Below are positions 46,767 through 57,100 of a stretch of 64,000 nt of DNA, one piece after another. Position numbers and translations under genes: made by a program. Every line of letters begins with the position of its first letter. The stretch's first letter is position 1. A model generated the notes under the pieces. The model searched no databases. It was given only the letters and a program-made list of their open reading frames with translations, and was not told where the DNA came from. The stretch lies in the NCBI GenBank assembly GCA_047975205.1, contig JBKEDC010000012.1, positions 117,907 to 181,906 on the forward strand. Direction: 5' to 3'. This DNA comes from Mangrovibacterium sp. GTDB taxonomy: Bacteria > Bacteroidota > Bacteroidia > Bacteroidales > Prolixibacteraceae.

Positions 46767-48941
46767 ATGATGATAAACAGGAAAATAAAATCAAGACTCG
46801 GGATTGTAGGTGTAGCTCTACTTGCCTTAGCAACACAATCGGCTTGCACTTCAACATCGAAACAAGCTGATGCTAAACGAGTTTCAATGAATCGAAATAT
46901 TAACTATCCAAAAATGAAAAAGGATAATACAACCGATAATTATTTTGGCACAACAGTTTCCGACCCTTATCGCTGGTTGGAAGATGACAATAGCGAGGAG
47001 ACAAAACAATGGGTGGAAGCTGAAAACAAAACAACTTTTGCTTACCTAAATAACATTTCGTTCCGAGATGCTATTCAAAAACGATTGACGGAGGTGTGGG
47101 ATTATGCATCAGAATCAGCTCCATTTAAACATCATAATTATTGGTTGGAGTTTCGTAATAATGGGAAGCAAAATCAAAGTGTACTGTATTACAGAACTTC
47201 CTTACAAGAAGATGCAAACATATTATTAGATCCAAACACTTTCTCAAAAGATGGAACTGTTGCGTTGAGCGATTACGCCATTTCAAAAGATAGTAAATAT
47301 TTAGCTTATGCTATTTCAAGATCAGGATCTGATTGGCGTGAAATATACGTAATGGATATTGCAACTAAGCAACTCTTACCCGATCATATTGAGTGGGCTA
47401 AGTTCACCAACATTTCATGGTATAAAAATGGATTCTATTATAATCGTTATCCAAAACCTGCCGAAGGCAATGCTTTAAAAGGTGAAAATAAGAATTCGCA
47501 GATATTTTATCATCATTTGGGCGATTCACAAAAAGATGATGTTTTAATATATGAAGATAAAAACAACCCGAATTGGGGATTTTCAGTCCATGTGAGTGAC
47601 AACGAAAACTATGCGTATCTATATACCACAGAATCTTCATCAGGTACACGTTTAGCCCTATTTACACCGAATGCAAAACGAATAAATCCGCAAGAAATAG
47701 TTGACAATTTCGATAACGAATGGAGAGTCATTGGCGAATATCAAAACAAACTTTTTGTATTGACAAACTGGAAAGCTCCTACCTATCAACTTTTAGAGCT
47801 AGACGCACAAGAACCTAATTTAAAAAGCGCAAAAGTACTTATTTCTGAAAGCAAAGAAACATTGGAGAATGTAAAATTTACAGGAACGAAACTATTTTGT
47901 TTTTATCTAAAAGATGCCAAATCTTTAGTGAAAGTTTATGATGCAGAAGGAAAATTTGAGCAAGATGTTAAAACAGATATCGGCAGCGTACATGGATTCT
48001 CCGGAGACGAAGAAGCAACATCGACTTTCTATACGCTGACTTCTTTCACAACTCCTTCTGATGTGTATAAATATGATATTCCAACAGGAAAGTCCAGCTT
48101 ATTTAAAAAATCGCCTATTAAATTCGATGGTTCTCAATTCGAAACAAAACAAGTATTTTATACAAGCAAAGATGGCACTAAAATACCAATGTTTATTACC
48201 TATAAAAAAGGTTTGGAGCTGAATGGAGAAAATCCGACGTTGATATATGCTTACGGAGGATTTGGTATTTCTATATTGCCAAGTTTTAGCGTGACTAGAA
48301 TTCCATGGCTAGAAAACGGTGGAATATTAGCTGTGCCAAACATTAGAGGAGGCGGAGAATATGGCGAAACATGGCATAAGTCCGGAACAAAAATGCAAAA
48401 ACAGAATGTGTTTGATGATTTCATTGCTGCAGCCGAATATTTGCAGAAAAAGAAATATACTTGTCCGGCTAAGACAGCTATACAAGGTGGTTCTAATGGG
48501 GGATTACTTATAGGAGCTTGCTTAACTCAGCGTCCTGATCTTTATGCCGTAGCATTACCCGCCGTGGGGGTGTTAGATATGTTGAGATATCAATATTTTA
48601 CCATAGGGAGATACTGGGCAACCGATTATGGAACCAGTGAAGATTCAAAAGAAATGTTTGATTACTTATATGCATATTCTCCGTTGCACAACGTTAAAGA
48701 AGAGCAGGTTTATCCGGCAACCTTAATAACTACCGCCGATCATGATGATCGAGTAGTTCCGGCTCATTCTTTTAAATTTGCAGCTACATTGCAAGAAAAA
48801 GCGAGTCATGAAAATCCATTATTAATTATGATTTCAAAAGATGCCGGACACGGAGCCGGAAAACCAAAATCAAAAACTATAGAAGAATATGCCAACATAT
48901 GGGCATTTACTTTATTTAATATGAATGAAGATTTTAAGTAA
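46767..48941 (+). CDS. Prolyl oligopeptidase (S9A) lipoprotein
   Basis: 724 aa. The signal has a lipobox (LATQSAC). DPYRWLED is present at the N-terminus and the nucleophile elbow is GGSNGGLL. There is a C-terminal DHDDRV...GHG catalytic region. Confidence 0.9.
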   Translation: MMINRKIKSRLGIVGVALLALATQSACTSTSKQADAKRVSMNRNINYPKMKKDNTTDNYFGTTVSDPYRWLEDDNSEETKQWVEAENKTTFAYLNNISFRDAIQKRLTEVWDYASESAPFKHHNYWLEFRNNGKQNQSVLYYRTSLQEDANILLDPNTFSKDGTVALSDYAISKDSKYLAYAISRSGSDWREIYVMDIATKQLLPDHIEWAKFTNISWYKNGFYYNRYPKPAEGNALKGENKNSQIFYHHLGDSQKDDVLIYEDKNNPNWGFSVHVSDNENYAYLYTTESSSGTRLALFTPNAKRINPQEIVDNFDNEWRVIGEYQNKLFVLTNWKAPTYQLLELDAQEPNLKSAKVLISESKETLENVKFTGTKLFCFYLKDAKSLVKVYDAEGKFEQDVKTDIGSVHGFSGDEEATSTFYTLTSFTTPSDVYKYDIPTGKSSLFKKSPIKFDGSQFETKQVFYTSKDGTKIPMFITYKKGLELNGENPTLIYAYGGFGISILPSFSVTRIPWLENGGILAVPNIRGGGEYGETWHKSGTKMQKQNVFDDFIAAAEYLQKKKYTCPAKTAIQGGSNGGLLIGACLTQRPDLYAVALPAVGVLDMLRYQYFTIGRYWATDYGTSEDSKEMFDYLYAYSPLHNVKEEQVYPATLITTADHDDRVVPAHSFKFAATLQEKASHENPLLIMISKDAGHGAGKPKSKTIEEYANIWAFTLFNMNEDFK

Positions 48942-48961
48942 GATTTAATTTTCATTATTTG

Positions 48962-48991
48962 AAAAAAGGCACAGTAAATTGTGCCTTTTTT
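48962..48991 (+). terminator. Intrinsic terminator after the prolyl oligopeptidase gene
   Basis: ggcaca (48968-48973) pairs with tgtgcc (48980-48985), extended by A6/T6 arms. TTTTTT at 48986-48991. Confidence 0.7.
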
Positions 48992-49087
48992 ATTTTCGTA
49001 AAGTCGTGAAACAAAATTATTTCTCTCTTGTTTAGGGGATAGCTATTACAAATTGTATATTAGCCGATAAAAATAATCTAAAACCAT

Positions 49088-49987
49088 ATGTTTCAAAAAC
49101 TATCCGACTTAGAAAAAGCCATTAAGCATAGTGGCGAACGTAAAACTTTAGCCTTAGCCGTTTCGCACGATAAACATTCATTGGGCGCCATAGCCAGAGC
49201 CTATCAGCAAAATTTTATAATACCCATATTTGTGGGCGATGAGCTAAAGACCAAAGAATACATTAAAGAACTTGGACTTAAGTTTGGAAATGAAGTAAGG
49301 TTTATCGACGAACATGAAGATAATGAAGCCGTAAGAATTGCCGTCACGCTTGTGAGTAGCGGTAAAGCTCAATTCTTAATGAAAGGAAAAGTAGCTACAC
49401 CATATTTATTAAAAGGCGTATTAAACAAGGAGTGGGGGTTGCGAACCGGAAGATTACTCTCTCATTTGGCTTATTTTGAGGTTGAAAACTATCATAAGTT
49501 GATAGGGATTACCGATGTAGCAATGAATATTGCCCCAAATTTACAAGATAAGATACAGATTGTGAATAACTCAGTAGCTTTCTTAAATAAAATAGGTGTG
49601 CCAGAACCCAAAGTGGCCGTGTTGGGAGCCATCGAGATGGTAAATGAAAATATGCAAGCCACTCTCGATGCAGCATTACTTTCTAAAATGCAAGAACGAG
49701 ATCAAATTAAAAACTGTGTCATTGACGGTCCATTGGCTTTCGATAATGCTATAAGCTCGGAAAGTGCCAAGCATAAAAATATAAAAAGCAAAGTAGCAGG
49801 AGATACCGATATATTGGTAATGCCTGATATTGAAGTGGGAAATGTGCTCTATAAATCATTGGTATTCTTTGCTAAAGCTCATGCAGCTTCTGTTATATTA
49901 GGCGCTGCAGCTCCAATTGTGCTTACATCGAGAAGTGATTCAGAAGATTCTAAATACTACAGCATTTTATTAGCCGCTCTAGGATAA
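49088..49987 (+). CDS. ptb: Phosphate butyryltransferase
   Basis: 299-aa member of the phosphate acetyl/butyryltransferase family, immediately upstream of butyrate kinase. Confidence 0.85.
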   Translation: MFQKLSDLEKAIKHSGERKTLALAVSHDKHSLGAIARAYQQNFIIPIFVGDELKTKEYIKELGLKFGNEVRFIDEHEDNEAVRIAVTLVSSGKAQFLMKGKVATPYLLKGVLNKEWGLRTGRLLSHLAYFEVENYHKLIGITDVAMNIAPNLQDKIQIVNNSVAFLNKIGVPEPKVAVLGAIEMVNENMQATLDAALLSKMQERDQIKNCVIDGPLAFDNAISSESAKHKNIKSKVAGDTDILVMPDIEVGNVLYKSLVFFAKAHAASVILGAAAPIVLTSRSDSEDSKYYSILLAALG

Positions 49988-50005
49988 ACTAAACCAAAAC
50001 AACAT

Positions 50006-51082
50006 ATGTATAGAATACTTGCTATAAACCCCGGGTCAACATCAACAAAAATTGCTGTTTACGACCAACAGAAGTCTATCTTTCTAAAAAATATTAAACA
50101 TTCCAACGAAGAGCTAGCCCCATTTAGCTCGATTGCTGAACAATATCCTTTTCGTCGCGATGTAATCTTTTCAGAACTGGCAGCAGCCGATATTGAAATG
50201 GATAAGATATCGGCAGTTATTGGTAGAGGAGGACTGGTTAAACCGATTGAATCGGGAATTTATGAGGTGAATGAAGCACTGAAAACCGATCTGAAATTAG
50301 GAATTCAAGGAGAGCATGCAAGTAATCTTGGGGGCTTAATTGCCGATGATATTGCTCGAAATTTAAATAATGGATGTAAAGCATATATTGCCGATCCGGT
50401 TGTGGTTGATGAGCTGGAAGAAGTAGCGCGCATAAGTGGTTTGCCCGAAATGCCCCGTCGTTCCATTTTTCATGCTTTAAATCAAAAAGCTGTGGGACGT
50501 TTATTTGCGAAAACTCAAGGACGAAAGTATGCCGAACTAAATCTCATTATAGCGCATATGGGAGGAGGAGTTTCCGTAGGAACACATCGCAAGGGAAAAG
50601 TAATTGACGTTAATCAGGCAATTACAGGATTTGGTCCTTTTTCGCCGGAACGTTCCGGAACTTTACCCGCAGGAGAAGTCATTGAAGCCTGCTTTAGTGG
50701 GAAATACACCCAAGAGGAAATGATGAAGAAAGTAGTGGGGAGTGGTGGATTTGTAGCTCATTTAGGAACAAATCAAGCTATGGAGGTTGTGCAAAGAGCA
50801 ACTTCAGGCGATACACATGCTAAATTAATTATGGAAGCCATGTGCTATCAGGTAGCCAAAGAAATAGGTTCAGGAGCAGCAGTACTTAAAGGCGAAGTTG
50901 ACGGAATAATATTGACAGGAGGTATAGCCTACAATGAAATTATGGTAAACTACATTCGTGAAATGGTTGAATTTATAGCCCCGGTTACGGTATATCCCGG
51001 AGAAGACGAAATGGAAGCCCTTATGCGCATTACATTATCTGCCTTGAAAGGTGAAGTGGAATGCAAACAGTATGGAGAATAA
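50006..51082 (+). CDS. buk: Butyrate kinase
   Basis: The N-terminus ILAINPGSTSTKIAVY is the ASKHA phosphate-1 motif. It is 358 aa and forms the ptb-buk pair. Confidence 0.92.
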   Translation: MYRILAINPGSTSTKIAVYDQQKSIFLKNIKHSNEELAPFSSIAEQYPFRRDVIFSELAAADIEMDKISAVIGRGGLVKPIESGIYEVNEALKTDLKLGIQGEHASNLGGLIADDIARNLNNGCKAYIADPVVVDELEEVARISGLPEMPRRSIFHALNQKAVGRLFAKTQGRKYAELNLIIAHMGGGVSVGTHRKGKVIDVNQAITGFGPFSPERSGTLPAGEVIEACFSGKYTQEEMMKKVVGSGGFVAHLGTNQAMEVVQRATSGDTHAKLIMEAMCYQVAKEIGSGAAVLKGEVDGIILTGGIAYNEIMVNYIREMVEFIAPVTVYPGEDEMEALMRITLSALKGEVECKQYGE

Positions 51083-51090
51083 AATGTGGT

Positions 51091-51114
51091 AGAGGCACAA
51101 TGCATTGTGCCTCT
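51091..51114 (+). terminator. Hairpin directly after buk (no U-tract)
   Basis: agaggcacaa tgca ttgtgcctct is a perfect 10-bp stem with a 4-nt loop. It starts 9 nt after the buk stop and is followed by AAAATCC rather than a T-run. Confidence 0.4.
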
Positions 51115-51294
51115 AAAATCCCAAAATCAATCCTGATTTCGAATAGCAGACACGTTATCACGACCACATCACCTGTATAGAGTACATCACAAATAGTCCG
51201 TTGAAATAGACGGAAGGTAAATTTTATGCCATATCAGAATAAAACACTATTTCTGATTCTTTTGTAGAAAAGCATTTCGCAATTATTGTAAACA

Positions 51295-51360
51295 GTATTT
51301 TTCTATTTAAATAGCCTTTGCGCAATCTGCAAAAGCCATTTAAATAGAAAAATACGTTTT
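51295..51360 (+). terminator. Long hairpin with a trailing GTTTT
   Basis: gtatttttctatttaaat (51295-51312) is the exact complement of atttaaatagaaaaatac (51338-51355). The stem continues imperfectly inward (tttgc/gcaaa). GTTTT follows at 51356-51360. Confidence 0.4.
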
Positions 51361-51433
51361 GCGGAAAAGAGAACACATACCCAAGTTAAATACTTACTCG
51401 CACATAGTAGATCTTGCCGGAGTGGGAAATCAG

Positions 51434-51495
51434 ACCTCCTGTTTCAAAACCCTGCATACAGGTTTAAGGAGGTGAGATTTTAATTTCTTTTTTAG
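51434..51495 (+). promoter_or_regulatory. Terminator/attenuator-like nested hairpin upstream of the mobA-nar cluster
   Basis: acctcct (51434-51440) pairs with aggaggt (51467-51473) and encloses a smaller hairpin (cctg cata cagg). It is followed by gagATTTTaaTTTcTTTTTT, and lies about 145 nt upstream of the ATG at 51638. Confidence 0.3.
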
Positions 51496-51637
51496 AAATA
51501 CCACTAGATTTAGTGCACTTTTCTTCATAAAAAAAGATTTAATAGTATTTTTTTACAATAAAAACATGTAAATTTAACGAGAAATTAACGATGCGGTAAT
51601 TTCATTTAGACTTGACTGCATGTAATACACAAAAACA

Positions 51638-52276
51638 ATGGGAAAATTAAACGTTAAAACTATAATTTTTTGGGGTGCTGTATGGGGTGTTTTTGAGGCA
51701 ACCTTAGGTTGGCTTTTGCATTTAATGCATTTTAGAGGCGAGGTAATGATACTATATCCAATTGGATTATTGTGTATGATGATGGCAACCAAACAAACCG
51801 GTAAGGTTTCGGCAACAATAAAAGTTTCAGCAGTTGCTGCATTAGTCAAATTGGTAAATCTGTTTATGCAACCTACAGTCCCGGTGTTTCATATAACAAA
51901 TCCTGCAGTAGCTATATTCCTAGAGGGTTTTGTTACATGGGCTTTCTGTATGTATATCAGGAAAGTAACTATTGCTAGACCGATGAATGTAATGATTGCC
52001 GCTGCTATGGTCTTTGCATCAATTTGCCTTTTCAGAGGTTGGCAAATATTTATGGATGCTTTCATTACATATAATCCAAGTGTGCACAAAGCCTATGATG
52101 TAGGACTGTTTTTGCAATGGGGGTGGCGTTCATTTGCTCAGGGATTAATGTTGGTGGGAGCCGCTTATGCAGTAAAATATATACCTCTCAGTGTTAGTTT
52201 TAGATCATGGTCTAATCGTCTGGCATTTCCTTTATTTTTAATGACAGTTCTGCTAAATATCCTAATTCCCTTTTAG
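51638..52276 (+). CDS. Uncharacterised polytopic membrane protein (first gene of the mobA-nar cluster)
   Basis: 212 aa with about 6-7 hydrophobic segments. I recognised no family motif. Its stop lies 3 nt before the mobA ATG. Confidence 0.7.
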   Translation: MGKLNVKTIIFWGAVWGVFEATLGWLLHLMHFRGEVMILYPIGLLCMMMATKQTGKVSATIKVSAVAALVKLVNLFMQPTVPVFHITNPAVAIFLEGFVTWAFCMYIRKVTIARPMNVMIAAAMVFASICLFRGWQIFMDAFITYNPSVHKAYDVGLFLQWGWRSFAQGLMLVGAAYAVKYIPLSVSFRSWSNRLAFPLFLMTVLLNILIPF

Positions 52277-52279
52277 TAG

Positions 52280-52837
52280 ATGATAAGATCCGAACAAATA
52301 ACAGGAGTTGTATTGGCAGGAGGAAAAAGTTTGCGCTTTGGTTCAAATAAAGCTCTCAATGTTAAGGGGAATAAGACTTATATTCAGTGTGCTGTTGAAC
52401 TATTGAGACCTTACACAAAAGAAGTTGTTATTTCTGGATTTTATCCTGAATATAAACGTTTAAAAGTTCTTATTTTAAAAGATGACATTATAAATATTGG
52501 ACCTTTAGGAGGAATTTACACAGCATTGAATTACAGCAAAACCTCTTGGATATTGGTTTCCACATGTGATATGCCTAATCTGGCCGGTGAAGTTATTGAT
52601 TATATGCTTGCTGATATTAAAGACGAAAAGGTAATAGGATGGGGTAGTGATATACATATAGGGGGTTTTCCAATATTAATATCAAAAGAAATAATATTTG
52701 ATTTGCAGCAATACATTAATAACGGTCAATATAAAATAAAGCAGTTATTTGATAAGGATTATGCTAGAACTATAAATATTCCGGAGGAGTGGAAATTCCA
52801 TTTTTCCAATATCAACAAACAAGAGGATATTTATTAG
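52280..52837 (+). CDS. mobA: Molybdenum cofactor guanylyltransferase
   Basis: The N-terminus GVVLAGGKSLRFGSNKA is the MobA nucleotide-binding motif, and TCDMP is also present. It is 185 aa. Confidence 0.85.
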   Translation: MIRSEQITGVVLAGGKSLRFGSNKALNVKGNKTYIQCAVELLRPYTKEVVISGFYPEYKRLKVLILKDDIINIGPLGGIYTALNYSKTSWILVSTCDMPNLAGEVIDYMLADIKDEKVIGWGSDIHIGGFPILISKEIIFDLQQYINNGQYKIKQLFDKDYARTINIPEEWKFHFSNINKQEDIY

Positions 52838-52892
52838 ACAATGGATACAAAAGTCATTCAATCGTATATCTATTAATAAAAAAACAAAAAGA

Positions 52893-54176
52893 ATGGAATC
52901 ATTTAAAATTAAAGGTTCTCCGTCGAGGGGATTATGGGCTGCAACTTTAGGATTCTTCTTTGGTTCGGCAGCAATATCTCTCTTCGGACCGACCGCAACA
53001 AAGCTTGATGAAGTAATGAATTTATCTCCGTCGATGCTCGGGTTATTAGTCGCAATACCTACGCTATCGGGTTCATTATTGAGAATACCTTTTGGTGCAT
53101 CTGTTGATGAAAATGGAGGACGAAAACCATTTTTACTTTTAATGACTTTATCTATTATAGGCTTAGCAGGTTTGAGTGTGTTGTTGGCTACTCATTATCC
53201 TGATAATATGGAGGGAACGTATGGAATTATTCTGTTGTTGGGTTGTTTAAGCGGCTGTGGTGTGGCAACCTTCTCCGTAGGTGCCGGACAATCTTCATAT
53301 TGGTATCCCAAGCAAAAGCAAGGATTCTCTATGGGTGTTTTCGGTGGATTAGGAACTATGGGTGCAGGGGTTTTTGCTTATTTACTTCCTGTGATGTTAG
53401 ATTCATTGGGCTTCATTCCGGCGTATTACGTATGGACTATATGCTTAACGATAGGAACACTTCTCTATTTATTTATTAGTTGCAATGCTCCTTATTTTCA
53501 ATTCCGGCAAAAAGGCTACGGAAAAGAGAAAAGTAAGCAAATGGCAATTAATGCCGGTCAGGAACTATTTCCGACAGGGAGTTTGAAACAAAGTTTGATA
53601 AGCTCTGCCAAAATTCAGGAAACGTGGATACTTGTGATTTCATACTTCCTTAGCTTTGGTGGTTTCATTGCAGTAACCGCATGGTTGCCAACTTACTGGC
53701 AAAAAACACATGAGTTTTCTGTTACTCAGGCAGGAATGCTTACAGCTATATATGCTTGTGCCTCATCAGGATTACGTATTCCCGGCGGAAAATTATCAGA
53801 CAAAATAGGAGGAGTGAAGGTTAGTTTACTTGCTTTATCTATATTGGGAGTTTCATCTCTGATAATGTCTTTCTCGGAAAGTGCTGTTATATCCGGAATA
53901 TGCACATTGCTGATTGCTCTTGCCTTCGGATTCAATAATGCAGCTATAATGAAACTTGTTCCTGTGTACGTTCCTAAGTCAGTAGGCGGAGCATCAGGTT
54001 GGGTAGGCGGACTTGGAGCCTTCGGAGGATTTGTATTTCCCATAATATTAGGGCGAATAGTCGGTATAATGGGTGTTACGGGATACTACCGAGGTTTCTT
54101 GATGTTTACTATTCTAAGCATAAGCGTTATCTTAATTACATATCTTGGCTTTGTTGTCCGCGATAGAAATAAATAG
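52893..54176 (+). CDS. narK: MFS nitrate/nitrite transporter (NarK/NNP family)
   Basis: 427 aa with about 12 TM segments and glycine-rich NNP-like signatures (GVFGGLGTMGAG, GWVGGLGAFGGF). It lies 5 nt upstream of narG. Confidence 0.8.
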   Translation: MESFKIKGSPSRGLWAATLGFFFGSAAISLFGPTATKLDEVMNLSPSMLGLLVAIPTLSGSLLRIPFGASVDENGGRKPFLLLMTLSIIGLAGLSVLLATHYPDNMEGTYGIILLLGCLSGCGVATFSVGAGQSSYWYPKQKQGFSMGVFGGLGTMGAGVFAYLLPVMLDSLGFIPAYYVWTICLTIGTLLYLFISCNAPYFQFRQKGYGKEKSKQMAINAGQELFPTGSLKQSLISSAKIQETWILVISYFLSFGGFIAVTAWLPTYWQKTHEFSVTQAGMLTAIYACASSGLRIPGGKLSDKIGGVKVSLLALSILGVSSLIMSFSESAVISGICTLLIALAFGFNNAAIMKLVPVYVPKSVGGASGWVGGLGAFGGFVFPIILGRIVGIMGVTGYYRGFLMFTILSISVILITYLGFVVRDRNK

Positions 54177-54181
54177 AAGAT

Positions 54182-57100
54182 ATGAAATCACTTTTAAAAA
54201 AAAGAAGATATTTCTCGGGCACAGAGGATAAGAAACAACGAGAATGGGAGAGCTTCTATCGTAATCGTTGGCAACACGACAAAGAAGTGCGCTCTACTCA
54301 CGGAGTGAACTGTACAGGTTCTTGTTCTTGGAAGATATTTGTTAAAAAAGGCATTGTTACATGGGAGATTCAGCAGACTGATTATCCGCAGAACCGTCCT
54401 GATCAACCAAATCACGAACCTCGAGGGTGTCCTCGTGGGGCAAGCTACTCTTGGTACCTATATAATTCGGGGCGAGTAAAGCATCCTATGGTGCGCCATG
54501 AGTTGCTCGAAGCATACCAACAACAAAAAGAAAAGCTGCACGATCCGGTATTGGCATGGGAAGCTGTGATGCAGGATAAAGAAACATCATATAGCTATAA
54601 ATCTCGTAGAGGTTTGGGTGGCTTCGTACGATTGGATTGGAATTTGGCTCAGGAAATTATAGCAGCGGCCAATATCTACACAATCAAAGAATACGGTCCC
54701 GATCGTTTGGCAGGATTTACTCCCATACCTGCATTCTCAATGGTGTCTTATGCTTCGGGTTCTCGGTATTTGAGCCTGATAGGGGGAACAATGCTCAGTT
54801 TTTATGATTTTTACTGCGATCTTCCTCCGGCATCACCACAAACATGGGGCGAGCAAACAGATGTGCCGGAGAGTGCAGATTGGTATAACTCATCATTTAT
54901 TATGCTTTGGGGTTCGAATGTTCCGGTAACTCGCACACCCGATTCCCCTTTTCTTACGCAAGTGAGGTATAAAGGGACAAAAGTGGTAACCATAGCATCA
55001 GATTACAGTGATGCAACTAAGTTTGCCGACATATGGCTGAATCCAAAGCAAGGAACGGACTCTGCACTGGGAATGGCGATGGGGCATGTCATACTAAAAG
55101 AGTTCTTTGTTGACAAAACAACTCCGTATTTCGATTCATACGTAAAAAAATACTCAGATCTTCCATTTTTGGTAAAACTGGAAGCATACGAAGGTGGATA
55201 TAGAGCGGGAATGATGCTGAGAGCCTCTGATTTCAAGGATAATCTAGATATAGACGAAAAGGCTGAATGGTATCCGGTTTTGATTGATGAGAAATCCGGA
55301 GAGAAAGTTATTCCCAATGGTTGTATTGGTTCACGTTGGAATAATGAAGGCAAATGGAATCTTAAAAATGAAGACCTTAGAACAGGAAAAAAATATACTC
55401 CGCTTCTATCTGTAATGGATGATAAGGAAGATGTGGTTGATGTCTCCTTCCCATACTTCGGCGGTGAAGAATATAAAAATCCACATTTCAACAATTCGGA
55501 GCATGAAGGAGTGCAAGTGCGTAAACTGCCTGTAATGAAAATGCAAACCGAAGAGGGAGAAGTGTTGTGCGCTACGGTTTATGATATTATGCTTGCTCAT
55601 TATGGAGTAGAACGAGGACTTAATGACCCAAATACAGCAAAAAACTATGATGACAATATCCCATACACTCCGAAATGGCAAGAGCAAATAACAGGAGTTC
55701 CGGCGGATAGAGTGGCGGTTGTTGCTCGTCAGTTTGCCGAAACTGCAGCTAAGACCGAAGGTAAAAGCATGATAATTATCGGGGCGGGAGTTAATCAATG
55801 GTATAATACCGATATGACTTACCGTGCTGCAATGAATTTATTGATACTTTGCGGAACCATTGGTCAGTCGGGTGGCGGATGGGCTCATTATGTGGGGCAG
55901 GAGAAAGTACGTCCGCAATCAGGTTGGGCAACATTAGCTTTTGCTTCAGACTGGATACGCCCACCAAGACATATGAACACAACAAGTTATTTTTATATGC
56001 ATAGCGACCAATGGCGATATGAAAAAGTGAAGGTTAATAGCCTAATTTCACCATTGCACAAAAAAGACAAGTGGAGCGAGCTTACTCTGCTCGATTGCAA
56101 TATAAAATCTCAGCGTATGGGATGGTTGCCTTCCTCGCCTGAGTTTGATAAGAATCCACTGCAAATATGTAAGGAAGCAGAAGCAAATAATGTTGAGATA
56201 GCAGATTATGTAACCGACAAACTGCATTCGGGAGAGATAAACCTTGCTTCTGAAAACTTGGATAAAAATGGCAACAGTCCCAAAAATCTATTTATATGGA
56301 GAGCAAACCTCATAGGAAGTAGTGCAAAAGGAGTGGAGTATTTCATGAAACACTTATTGGGAGCGCAAAACAGCGTGTTTGGAAATGACCTGAAAGAGTT
56401 GGGCGATAATCTGCCGAAATATCAGAACTGGCATGATAAAGGAGCAACAGGAAAATTAGATTTGGTTGTTACTTTGGATTACCGCATGACTTCTTCGTCT
56501 TTGCATTCTGATATTGTGTTGCCTGCTGCTACTTGGTATGAAAAAAATGACATCAGCAGCACAGATATGCACCCTTTTATTCACCCTTTCTCTAAAGCGA
56601 TAGACCCTGTTTGGGAATCGCGTACCGATTGGGATGCTTTTAAAGGTTTGGCAGAAAAGTTCTCGGAGTTGTGTAAAGGACACTTGGGTATTGAAAAGGA
56701 TATAGTTATGCAACCGCTTATGCACGATTCGCCGGGAGAAATATCCGAACCTATATTTGTTGAAGACTGGAAAGAAACAGGCAATAAACCGGTTCCGGGT
56801 CATAACATGGGTAAGCTTCTTATCGTTGAGCGTAACTATCCGGAAACATACAAACGATTTACATCATTGGGACCTTTGTTGGAGAAAGCAGGAATATCGG
56901 GAAAAGGTATTACATGGAAATCTAACGAAGAATATGAGCAACTAAAAAAACTTAATGGAGTAATTAATGACGGAGGAAGTACCGACGGATTACCTGCTTT
57001 GGAAAAAGATATTCACGCTATTGAATCTATTCTTTCATTGGCTCCCGAGAGCAACGGAATAACATCAAAGAAAGCATGGAAGGCTCTGGAGAAACCTACA

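Noticed and set aside
51574-51849. 91-aa minus-strand ORF overlapping the start of the membrane-protein gene
   Set aside because: It is antisense to a hydrophobic CDS that is tightly coupled to mobA. It has no independent support.
55003-55798. 163-aa and 130-aa minus-strand ORFs inside narG, plus several others at 54194-56803
   Set aside because: They are antisense shadow frames within a 1231-aa CDS whose identity is unambiguous. They are Ser/Phe/Leu-rich with no motifs.
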